Below are positions 28,909 to 37,433 of a DNA stretch of 62,686 nucleotides, piece after piece. Numbering within the stretch: position 1 is the first letter of the stretch; every line of letters starts with the position of its first letter. Below the pieces are notes generated by a model that saw only the letters and a list, made by a program, of their open reading frames with translations, ran no database searches and was not told the DNA's origin. The position numbers and the translations under genes were made by a program. This DNA is from Gammaproteobacteria bacterium (GTDB lineage Bacteria > Pseudomonadota > Gammaproteobacteria > JBBQDK01): NCBI GenBank assembly GCA_038319625.1, contig JBBQDK010000001.1:1-62686 (forward strand). Direction: 5' to 3'.

Positions 28909-28965
28909 AGTAGCGAGTGGCGAGTAAAACCATCCTCAAATCGGGAGAGGTCGTAACTCGCTACT
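28909..28965. repeat. Inverted GCGAGT/ACTCGC heptamer-type repeat, copy 2 of the family seen at 1741-1818
   Basis: 28910-28927 is the exact reverse complement of 1790-1807 (18/18). 28909-28918 agtagcgagt pairs perfectly with 28956-28965 actcgctact. Confidence 0.55.
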
Positions 28966-29212
28966 TGTTCAACAGCTGCTTTTCCAGTTCGGCGACGCGC
29001 AGCGCCAGTACTTCCAGCAAAGCGCGCGAACGCGCCAGCACCGCCGTTTGTACATCGAACTCCTCGCGCGTCACCAGATCGAGCTTGGCGAGTGTGCCTT
29101 GCAGTACGGCGCGGGTGTTTTTATCGATATCGGCGCGCATCTCGCGCAGGCCGGCGGGTACCGACTCACAGAGCTTTTTTGACAAATCGTCGAGAATCTT
29201 GGGATCGAACAT
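28961..29212 (-). CDS. ubiK: UbiK/YqiC-family accessory factor (coiled-coil)
   Basis: The sequence MFDPKILDDLSKKL...LVTREEFDVQTAVLARSRALLEVLALRVAELEKQL matches this family. The start is set at the ATG at 29212. Confidence 0.75.
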   Translation of the reverse strand: MFDPKILDDLSKKLCESVPAGLREMRADIDKNTRAVLQGTLAKLDLVTREEFDVQTAVLARSRALLEVLALRVAELEKQLLNK

Positions 29213-29308
29213 GGCAGCTGACCTTGATGCGGATCTCCCGTCGGGAAGTATACGCGATCCAATCAAACCGGGCCCGCCACGTGACGACCCGTAATGACCG
29301 GAAAGCCG

Positions 29309-29325
29309 TGCACCTTGCTGGTGCG
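29309..29325 (+). promoter_or_regulatory. NtrC-type enhancer site (TGCACC-N5-GGTGCG)
   Basis: It matches 11 of 12 positions of the TGCACC-N5-GGTGCA consensus and lies about 100 nt upstream of a sigma-54-type promoter. A weaker second site is at 29339-29355. Confidence 0.55.
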
Positions 29326-29420
29326 ACCCCAGCGAATCTGAATCATAGTGGTGCGCCTGACTACCGATTCCAGCGGCAAAAAATCAATCAACAATATGTT
29401 TTCAAATACTATTTATCCGA

Positions 29421-29436
29421 TGGCATGGGCTCTGCA
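29421..29436 (+). promoter_or_regulatory. Sigma-54 (-24/-12) promoter TGGCAT-N5-CTGCA upstream of glnK-amtB
   Basis: GG (29422-29423) and GC (29434-29435) show the canonical 12-nt register and lie downstream of the NtrC-like sites. Confidence 0.6.
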
Positions 29437-29620
29437 ATAACCGGTCAATGAGGACATCGCGAAGCCTTGAAAAGGCCTCGCAGGCCCTAACCGAGCGCAC
29501 CTTGGTAGCTACCGGAGAAATCATCATGAACCTGCAACCCGTAACGCTCGGACACGGCAACGGCCACAACCTGGCGCAAGGCGCGCCAGTGGTCGTCGTT
29601 GCAGCACCGATCCACCCTGA

Positions 29621-29971
<351 letters not shown>

Positions 29972-29993
29972 CCCGACCCGAAGGATATTGAAA

Positions 29994-31328
29994 ATGTCAC
30001 AACTCAACGTTAAGAAACTGGTTACCGGCGCATTACCGGTGCTGGGCCTGCTGTTACCCGCACTGGGTCATACCGCGGACGCCACACCCGTCGTCAACTC
30101 CGGTGATACCGCCTGGATGCTGACCTCCACGGCCTTGGTACTGTTCATGACCATTCCGGGCCTGGCGCTCTTCTATGCCGGCATGGTGCGTTCCAAGAAC
30201 GTGCTCTCGGTCATGATGCAGTGCTTTGCCATCACCTCGCTGATCTCGGTGTTATGGGTGCTGTACGGCTACAGCATCGCCTTCGATACCAACGGCATGG
30301 AAAAAGGCGTGACCAATGCCTTTTCGTTCTTCGGCAGCCTGAGCAAGGCCTTCCTGCATGGCGTCACGGTCGACAGCCTGACGGCGGCCATCCCCGAGAC
30401 GGTCTTCATGACCTTCCAGATGACCTTCGCCATCATCACCCCGGCGCTGATCGTCGGTGCCTTCGCGGAGCGCATGAAGTTCTCCGCGATGCTCTGGTTC
30501 ATGGGCATCTGGCTGACCCTCGTGTACGCGCCGATTGCACACATGGTATGGAGCGGTGACGGTGGCTTCCTGTGGGACCTCGGCGTGCTCGATTTCGCAG
30601 GCGGCACCGTGGTGCACATCAATGCCGGGATTGCCGGTCTGGTCGCCGCACTGATGCTGGGCAAGCGCAAAGGTTATCCGACCACCGCCATGGCACCGCA
30701 TAACCTCGGCTACACGGTGATGGGTGCTTCCATGCTGTGGGTCGGCTGGTTCGGCTTCAACGCCGGTAGTGCGCTTGCCGCAAACGGCACGGCGGGCATG
30801 GCGATGGCGGTCACACAGATCGCAACGGCCAGCGCAGCACTGGCCTGGATGTTCAGCGAATGGTTGTCGCACGGCAAGCCGAGCGTGCTGGGTATCGCAT
30901 CGGGTGCCGTCGCCGGCCTCGTCGCCATCACCCCGGCATCCGGTTTCGTCGGTCCGATAGGCGCACTGGCGATCGGCTTCGCGGCCGGTATCGGTTGCTT
31001 CTTCGGCGCCACCAAACTGAAGCGTGCACTGGGCTACGACGATTCGCTGGATGCCTTCGGCGTACACGGCATCGGCGGCATCATCGGCGCCTTACTGACC
31101 GGCGTGTTCGCTTCTGCCAAGTTCGGTGGCGTCAATGCCGACCTCAACATCGGCAGCCAAGTCTGGATCCAGTTCGAAGGCGTGATGTTCACGGTGGTGT
31201 ACTGCGCGGTACTGACCTTCATCATCCTGAAGGTCATCGATGCGGTCATCGGGCTGCGGGTCAGCGAGGACGAAGAGACCGAGGGTCTCGATCTCTCGCA
31301 GCACGACGAACGCGGTTACAACCTCTAG
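29994..31328 (+). CDS. amtB: Ammonium transporter AmtB
   Basis: It has a signal peptide and Amt-family TM motifs (DFAGGTVVHINAGIAGL, DDSLDAFGVHGIGG). The ATG at 29994 is preferred because the AAGGA RBS lies 8 nt upstream. Confidence 0.9.
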   Translation: MSQLNVKKLVTGALPVLGLLLPALGHTADATPVVNSGDTAWMLTSTALVLFMTIPGLALFYAGMVRSKNVLSVMMQCFAITSLISVLWVLYGYSIAFDTNGMEKGVTNAFSFFGSLSKAFLHGVTVDSLTAAIPETVFMTFQMTFAIITPALIVGAFAERMKFSAMLWFMGIWLTLVYAPIAHMVWSGDGGFLWDLGVLDFAGGTVVHINAGIAGLVAALMLGKRKGYPTTAMAPHNLGYTVMGASMLWVGWFGFNAGSALAANGTAGMAMAVTQIATASAALAWMFSEWLSHGKPSVLGIASGAVAGLVAITPASGFVGPIGALAIGFAAGIGCFFGATKLKRALGYDDSLDAFGVHGIGGIIGALLTGVFASAKFGGVNADLNIGSQVWIQFEGVMFTVVYCAVLTFIILKVIDAVIGLRVSEDEETEGLDLSQHDERGYNL

Positions 31329-31360
31329 AGGTCACTCCGGTCTGACAGGACGGGATTTAT

Positions 31361-31388
31361 GCGGGCGCTTCGGCGCCCGCTTTTTTTT
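31361..31388 (+). terminator. Rho-independent terminator after amtB
   Basis: The stem gcgggcgc/gcgcccgc has a ttcg loop and is followed by eight T residues. Confidence 0.8.
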
Positions 31389-31452
31389 GCGTCAAATTAA
31401 CTGTAATCCGGGTTAATCGCAGCGAACCCCGGGCTACATCGTTCAGTGGAAT

Positions 31453-31692
31453 TCAGGGTAGCTTCTTATGCGTACCGTCGCAGAACGGCTTTTTCGCACT
31501 ATGCTTGCAACCGCACAGCCATACCTTGGTCTTTTCGGTGAGTTCAAATTTGATCGGGGAAAATTCCGACCCTTTGTGGCTTTTGTCGCAGAATGGCTGA
31601 GTCTTGGATTTGCCGCAGGCGCACCAGTAATAAGTGCCGGCTTCAAGTTCCAGGGCGTATGGTGCTTTCTGGGCGATGACGGGATCAGACAT
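31453..31692 (-). CDS. CDGSH iron-sulfur domain protein
   Basis: Two CDGSH-type motifs are present (CACGKSKTQPFCDKSH and CGCKHSAKKPFCDGTH). Confidence 0.85.
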   Translation of the reverse strand: MSDPVIAQKAPYALELEAGTYYWCACGKSKTQPFCDKSHKGSEFSPIKFELTEKTKVWLCGCKHSAKKPFCDGTHKKLP

Positions 31693-31734
31693 GATGCGTA
31701 CTCCTCAAAGAGATATTGCGAACAGTTACGGATA

Positions 31735-32595
31735 CTAGCGTGCGTCGCTCAGGGCCGTGCGTAAAAATTCAGGCATGGCCAGCGCACCGCGATGCAGATC
31801 GGCATTGTAATACCGGGTCGGGAAGGTCTTGGCGCGTGCGTCAGCCTCGCGGAAAACCGATACTTTGCCGGATTTACGGGCCATGGTCGCGCTCCACCAG
31901 CCAGACGGGTAGGTGCATTGCGCAAAGCTCAGCGAGCCCACCTCGGCGAAGCCCGCAGTGCGCAGCGCCCGATGCATGGACACGATCAGATCGGCATGAA
32001 ACAGCGGCGACTCACTCTGCCCCACTACCACACCGTGCGCGCTCAGCGCACGATGACAGTTACTGTAGAACTCTGCCGAGAACAGGCCGGCCGCCGGCCC
32101 GACCGGATCAGTGGAATCGACGATGATCACGTCGTAGCTGTCAGGCTTGGCATCGGACACCCATTTGATGCCATCCGCGAACCGCAATCGTGCACGCGGA
32201 TCGTTATTGGATGCACAAAGCACCGGGAAAAACTCTTCGGAAACGCGCGTCACACGCTCGTCGAGTTCCACCTGCTCCGCCAGTTGCACGCCCGGATGCC
32301 GCAGCACCTCGTTGAGTGTACCGCAGTCACCGCCGCCGATAATCAGCACACGCCGAGGATCGGGGTGAGTGAAGAGTGCCGGGTGTGTCATCATTTCGTG
32401 ATAGACGAAATTGTCGCGGTCGGTGACCATCACCAGCCCGTCGAGTGTCATCAGCCGGCCGAAGGACTCAGTCTCGAAGATCTCGATGCGCTGATATTCA
32501 CTCTGCTCGTCGTGCAGGCGTTGCTTTAGTTTCAGCGAAATCGCCGAACCCTGTGCGGCCCATTGTTCGGTATACCAAGTGTTATCGAGTGTCAT
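31735..32595 (-). CDS. speE: Spermidine synthase (polyamine aminopropyltransferase)
   Basis: The SpeE motifs are present (YHEMMTHP, VLIIGGGDCGTLNEVLRH, DVIIVDSTDPVGPA). Confidence 0.9.
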   Translation of the reverse strand: MTLDNTWYTEQWAAQGSAISLKLKQRLHDEQSEYQRIEIFETESFGRLMTLDGLVMVTDRDNFVYHEMMTHPALFTHPDPRRVLIIGGGDCGTLNEVLRHPGVQLAEQVELDERVTRVSEEFFPVLCASNNDPRARLRFADGIKWVSDAKPDSYDVIIVDSTDPVGPAAGLFSAEFYSNCHRALSAHGVVVGQSESPLFHADLIVSMHRALRTAGFAEVGSLSFAQCTYPSGWWSATMARKSGKVSVFREADARAKTFPTRYYNADLHRGALAMPEFLRTALSDAR

Positions 32596-32740
32596 GACCG
32601 GCCCTTGTCGCGGCAGCGTGGTGTGGGGTGCCGATTATGAAGCATTCGCAGCCGCAGGGAAATCAAACACTGCCACGCTCCGGACTTTTCCTGTATCTTT
32701 TCACACCAGACACAATCGACCCATCACCGAAAGACGAGCC

Positions 32741-34627
32741 ATGAGCGACTGGACCATCGAAACCGCGCGCGACGCCTACAATCTGCCACACTGGGGCGGC
32801 GGTTATTTCGATATCAACGCCAACGGCCATCTGATTGCCCGACCGGACCGCAACCCGGCCCACCCGGGCATCGACCTGCACCAATTGGCCGGCGAGTTGC
32901 ACCAGTCCGGTCTGAATCTGCCGGTACTGGTGCGTTTCACCGATATCCTGCACGACCGGGTCGACACCTTGTGCAACGCCTTCAGCACGGCGATGCGTGC
33001 CGAGGATTACCGCGGCCGCTACACCGCCGTCTATCCGATCAAGGTCAACCAGCAACGCAGTGTCGTCGAACAGATCCTCGGTCATGGCGGCGACCGGGTC
33101 GGCCTCGAAGCGGGCAGCAAGCCCGAGCTGCTGGCAGTATTGGCATTGTCAAAGCCCGATGGTGTGGTGATCTGCAACGGCTACAAGGATCGCGAGTACA
33201 TCCGCCTGGCACTGATCGGCCGCAAGCTCGGCCATCGCGTCTACATCGTCGTGGAAAAACTCTCGGAACTGGATCTGGTGCTGCGCGAGGCCCATGATCT
33301 CGGTGTTGCGCCGCTGCTCGGCGTGCGCGTGCGGCTGGCCTCGATCGGCGCCGGCAAGTGGCAGAATACCGGTGGCGACAAATCCAAATTCGGCTTGTCG
33401 GCCGCGCAGGTGCTGACCGTGGTCGAACGGTTGCGCCACGCCGGACAATTGGAAGCGCTGCAACTGCTGCACTTCCATCTCGGTTCGCAGATCGCCAACG
33501 TGCGCGACATCCAGCGCGGCCTGCACGAATGTGCGCGCTATTACGTGGAACTGCGCCGCCTCGGCGCCGACCTGCGCGTGGTCGATGTCGGTGGCGGCCT
33601 GGGCGTGGATTACGAAGGCACGCGCTCGCGCAGTTTTTGCTCCATGAACTACAGTGTGCAGGAATACGCCAACAACGTCGTGCACGTGCTCGCCGAAACC
33701 TGCGCCGCGCATGGCCAGCCGCAACCCGACATCGTCACCGAATCCGGCCGCGCCATGACCGCGCACCACGCCGTGCTGATCACCAACATCATCGACATTG
33801 ATCGCCACCCTGCGGAGGACGAAGTCAGCGCGCCGGCCGCGCACGATCCCGCGATACTGCACGATCTATGGCAGAGTCTGAAAAATCTCACCAGTCGTTC
33901 CGCACTGGAGGGCTATCATGATGCCGCGCACTGGTTGGCCGAGGCGCACACCATGTATCTGCATGGCGTGCTCAGCCTGGAGCAGCGCGCCCATGCCGAG
34001 CAGATTTATTTCGCCACCTGTCGACGCCTGCAAGGTCTGCTGCACTCCGGCACGCGTGCGCACCGCGAAGTGCTCGACGAACTCAATGAAAAACTGGCCG
34101 ACAAATATTTTCTGAATTTCTCGTTGTTCCAGTCCATGCCGGATGTCTGGGCCATCGACCAGATCTTCCCGATACTTCCACTGCATCGGCTCGACGAGAC
34201 GCCGACACAACGTGCCGTGATTCAGGACATGACCTGCGACTCGGACGGCCGCATTGATCATTATGTCGATAAGGAAGGAGTGGAGACCACGCTGCCGCTG
34301 CATGCCCTGCGCGATGGTGAACCCTATCTGCTGGGCATTTTCCTGATTGGTGCCTACCAGGAAATTCTCGGCGATATGCACAACCTGTTCGGCGACACCG
34401 ATGCGGTCAATATCAGTCTCAACCCCGACGGCAGCCACCATCTCAGCCAAGCCCAACAAGGCGACACCGTCGAGTCCGTGTTGCGCTATGTACACTTCGA
34501 CGCCGAAGAGTTGCTCGAAGCCTACCGTGTCAAAATCGACGCCGCACCGCTTGACGCGGCACAGCGCAGCGCTTACCTGAATGAACTGCAGGAAGGTTTG
34601 CGCGGTTACACCTACCTGGAAGACTGA
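32741..34627 (+). CDS. speA: Biosynthetic arginine decarboxylase
   Basis: The N-terminus MSDWTIETARDAYNLPHWGGGYF and the PLP site YPIKVNQ match SpeA along its full length. The start is set at the ATG at 32741. Confidence 0.9.
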   Translation: MSDWTIETARDAYNLPHWGGGYFDINANGHLIARPDRNPAHPGIDLHQLAGELHQSGLNLPVLVRFTDILHDRVDTLCNAFSTAMRAEDYRGRYTAVYPIKVNQQRSVVEQILGHGGDRVGLEAGSKPELLAVLALSKPDGVVICNGYKDREYIRLALIGRKLGHRVYIVVEKLSELDLVLREAHDLGVAPLLGVRVRLASIGAGKWQNTGGDKSKFGLSAAQVLTVVERLRHAGQLEALQLLHFHLGSQIANVRDIQRGLHECARYYVELRRLGADLRVVDVGGGLGVDYEGTRSRSFCSMNYSVQEYANNVVHVLAETCAAHGQPQPDIVTESGRAMTAHHAVLITNIIDIDRHPAEDEVSAPAAHDPAILHDLWQSLKNLTSRSALEGYHDAAHWLAEAHTMYLHGVLSLEQRAHAEQIYFATCRRLQGLLHSGTRAHREVLDELNEKLADKYFLNFSLFQSMPDVWAIDQIFPILPLHRLDETPTQRAVIQDMTCDSDGRIDHYVDKEGVETTLPLHALRDGEPYLLGIFLIGAYQEILGDMHNLFGDTDAVNISLNPDGSHHLSQAQQGDTVESVLRYVHFDAEELLEAYRVKIDAAPLDAAQRSAYLNELQEGLRGYTYLED

Positions 34628-34769
34628 ACAGGCAAGCCGCTCATCGCTTCGATAAACAGTCGGGGTAGAACGTGCAACATCAGCATATCAATTCCATGCA
34701 GAGATAGATTGACCGGTACTCCTGTCATAATCTATCCGCCGGCTGTACCGGATTTCGAGAGGACCTGCC

Positions 34770-35525
34770 ATGACACGCCTGACCAAGCTTGATCAGAAGC
34801 AAAAGCTCAGCAAGTCGCAGTACAATAAACTGCTGAAGGTCTGGCAGCTCGAGTTGCTTACTCTGCAGCAATGCGCGCTGCGCAACGGTCTGCGCGCCAT
34901 CGTCAACTTCGAGGGTATGGACGCCGCCGGCAAGGGCGGCAGCATCCGTCGCCTGGTCGAACCCATGGACCCGCGCGGTTACAAGGTTTATCGCATCGGC
35001 GTGCCGGAAAAATGGGAGCAGGAGCGCCATTACCTGTATCGTTTTTGGACCAAGGTGCCGCCACCCGGCGAGTTGGCCATTTTCGACCGCTCCTGGTATG
35101 GCCGCGTACTGGTCGAGCGTGTCGAGAATCTGGTGCCTGAGAAGGCCTGGAGCCGCGCCTACGACGAGATCAATGATTTCGAACGCACACTGATCAACGA
35201 CGGTGTGGTGCTACTCAAGTTCTGGTACCACATTGACTCTGACGAACAACTGAAACGTTTCGAAGATCGTCTCGCCGATCCTTTCAAGGCCTGGAAAATG
35301 ACCGAAGAAGACTGGCGCAACCGTAGCAAGCGGGAGGCTTACATCAGCGCTGCAGAAGCAATGTTCAAATACACCGACACCAAGGATGCACCCTGGACGC
35401 TGATTCCCGCCAACAACAAGCATTATGCTCGTATTACCTGTCTGCAGACGCTGTGCCAGGCTCTGCGCAAAGGTGCGAAGCAGAGGGGATTGAAGTGTCC
35501 GCAGAGCATGGTGAAAAAACCGTAG
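34770..35525 (+). CDS. Polyphosphate kinase 2 (PPK2) family protein
   Basis: It has the PPK2 Walker-A-like FEGMDAAGKGGSI and FDRSWYGRVLVERVE. Confidence 0.85.
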   Translation: MTRLTKLDQKQKLSKSQYNKLLKVWQLELLTLQQCALRNGLRAIVNFEGMDAAGKGGSIRRLVEPMDPRGYKVYRIGVPEKWEQERHYLYRFWTKVPPPGELAIFDRSWYGRVLVERVENLVPEKAWSRAYDEINDFERTLINDGVVLLKFWYHIDSDEQLKRFEDRLADPFKAWKMTEEDWRNRSKREAYISAAEAMFKYTDTKDAPWTLIPANNKHYARITCLQTLCQALRKGAKQRGLKCPQSMVKKP

Positions 35526-36139
35526 TGCGCAATGGTGATCGCTCACCGTCAAGAAAGGTATCCCGGTAACAAACGGAGCCTGCGATGTCACGCTAATGCC
35601 GTCATCCGAAATGATGTGGCTCGAATATACTGACGATTACATCCAATCGGCCATCTTCATCACATCGCTGACCACCGCGTCAGAACAATCTTTAATTTTC
35701 GGTTTAGTCAACGTCTGGGACGGGCCAAGCATCCGGGTGACGCATACTGCCACGGCAAACGACTTACCGATCATGTTTCATGACATTAAAGTCGGGGATA
35801 ACCCCGCCTATCTGGTACGTCTGTGATACCCCATCAATTCAAACACTCGACCTGGTGAACGGCCGCTTCCAGGGCCTAAACCGCCGCTCACGGCAACCGG
35901 GTCGAAGGGCAGCTATGCAGCGACAGCAGACCTTGGTGTTACTGAATCGAGTGTCCGAATGCTCGAAGCAAGATCGCAATTCCGCTGCTATAGCCTAGAT
36001 CGGCCAGGAACAGGCATTCGTCCGCCCTCGAATGGTTCTGAAGGGGCTGTGTTACGCAAAGAGACCTTCTGCACCACATCTGTAACAATGCTGTTCAAAC
36101 AGTATGTTGGGGTGCATCTTGAGATATCCTGAGCAGCCA

Positions 36140-36175
36140 GTTACTATTATGAGTAATTTTACTCAGAATAGTAAC
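36140..36175. promoter_or_regulatory. 36-nt near-perfect palindrome abutting the start codon of the AAA/DUF4143 gene (operator- or hairpin-like)
   Basis: GTTACTATTATGAGTAA-tt-TTACTCAGAATAGTAAC has 17-nt arms matching at 16 of 17 positions. It ends 1 nt before the ATG at 36177. No Shine-Dalgarno sequence is visible. Confidence 0.6.
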
Positions 36176-36176
36176 T

Positions 36177-37433
36177 ATGCCTATTAAGCCCTACCAGCGC
36201 AAGGAAGTTGAGACCCTTCTTGAACGGCTTTTAGAGCCGCCGCGTTCGCTGATTATAGTTGCAGGGCCACGTCAGGTCGGCAAAACCACGTTGGTACGTG
36301 ATGCGCTGGCTCAATATGAGCGAAAGCGTTATTCCTTCATTCCTGTTGATCAGCCGGACGAGATACGTGCCCCCGGCTTTGCGTCCATTGAGAGTGACAC
36401 TTACGATCAGGCTGGTCGCCCGAGGGATGTTGCGTGGCTGGTCGCACAGTGGCAACGCGCCCGCATGGCAGCACGGGAGTCGGTGGATGGGCATATTCTT
36501 GCCCTCGATGAAATCCAGAAAATCCCCCACTGGTCGGATGCAGTCAAGGGGCTATGGGATGCTGACAGGTCTGAAGGATTGACATTGCATGTCGTACTGT
36601 TGGGATCGTCCCCTTTATTGATGCAGAAGGGCATGAGCGAGAGCCTGACCGGACGCTATGAGCTGATTCGCGTCACGCACTGGTCTTTCCTCGAAATGTA
36701 CGAAGCCTTTGATTTCGATTTGGACGACTACATCTATTTTGGCGGCTATCCCGGTAGCACCGCATATATTCGTGACGAGCCGCGCTGGCGCAATTATGTG
36801 AACGGTAGCTTGATTGAGCCAAGTATCGAGAAGGATATTCTGATGATGACGCGGGTTGATAAACCAGCGCTACTCAAGCAATTGTTTCACCTTGGCTGTA
36901 GTTTCTCAGGGCAGATATTGTCCTATACCAAAATGCAAGGCCAGCTTCAGGATGCCGGCAATACGGTGACACTCGCACATTATCTCGATCTTCTAGGGAA
37001 TGCCGGATTAATTTATGGCTTACAAAAGTATGCGGGACAACAACATCGGCGACGGGCATCTTCCCCCAAGTTTAATGTGCTCAACAATGCTTTGATGTCG
37101 GCCGGGTCTGGATACACCAAAACCGAAGCGAAAGCGGATCGTAGTTTTTGGGGACGATTGGTGGAAAGTGCAGTGGGAGCGCATCTCTACAATACTGGAC
37201 ACCCTGATTGCCATCTCCATTATTGGCGAGAAGGTTCCAGAGAAGTTGATTTTGTAATTGAGGGCAACAGGAAACTTGCTGCCGTCGAAGTGAAAAGTGG
37301 GCCATCCTCTGGTCATACTAGCGGGGTCGATGTATTCGGGGAAAACTTTGGCAAGTGCCGGAGGTTATTGGTTGGCGAAGGCGGCATCCCGATTGCCGAA
37401 TTCCTCTCCTATCCGGCGGAGCACTGGCTTTGA
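36177..37433 (+). CDS. AAA-family ATPase with C-terminal DUF4143-like (D...ExK) module (COG1373-type)
   Basis: It has Walker A GPRQVGKTT (36264-36290) and Walker B ILALDEIQ. The C-terminal EVDFVI...AVEVKSG (37242-37295) is typical of AAA_14+DUF4143 proteins. Confidence 0.8.
   Translation: MPIKPYQRKEVETLLERLLEPPRSLIIVAGPRQVGKTTLVRDALAQYERKRYSFIPVDQPDEIRAPGFASIESDTYDQAGRPRDVAWLVAQWQRARMAARESVDGHILALDEIQKIPHWSDAVKGLWDADRSEGLTLHVVLLGSSPLLMQKGMSESLTGRYELIRVTHWSFLEMYEAFDFDLDDYIYFGGYPGSTAYIRDEPRWRNYVNGSLIEPSIEKDILMMTRVDKPALLKQLFHLGCSFSGQILSYTKMQGQLQDAGNTVTLAHYLDLLGNAGLIYGLQKYAGQQHRRRASSPKFNVLNNALMSAGSGYTKTEAKADRSFWGRLVESAVGAHLYNTGHPDCHLHYWREGSREVDFVIEGNRKLAAVEVKSGPSSGHTSGVDVFGENFGKCRRLLVGEGGIPIAEFLSYPAEHWL

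Noticed and set aside
29572-29587. A second sigma-54-like match (TGGCGC-N5-GCGCC) about 45 nt upstream of glnK.
   Set aside because: The -12 element is poor because it lacks the TTGC context. It is kept only as an alternative to the stronger promoter at 29421-29436.
35596-35826. A 76-aa ORF at the left edge of the island.
   Set aside because: It has no RBS and no recognisable family, and it sits in an otherwise non-coding AT-rich stretch. It cannot be supported as a gene.
35925-36060. A possible DDE-transposase relic (minus-strand ..ECLFLADLGYSSGIAILL.. resembling the aDxGYxS motif).
   Set aside because: The similarity rests on a single short motif. No other transposase blocks were found, so it is too weak without a database search.
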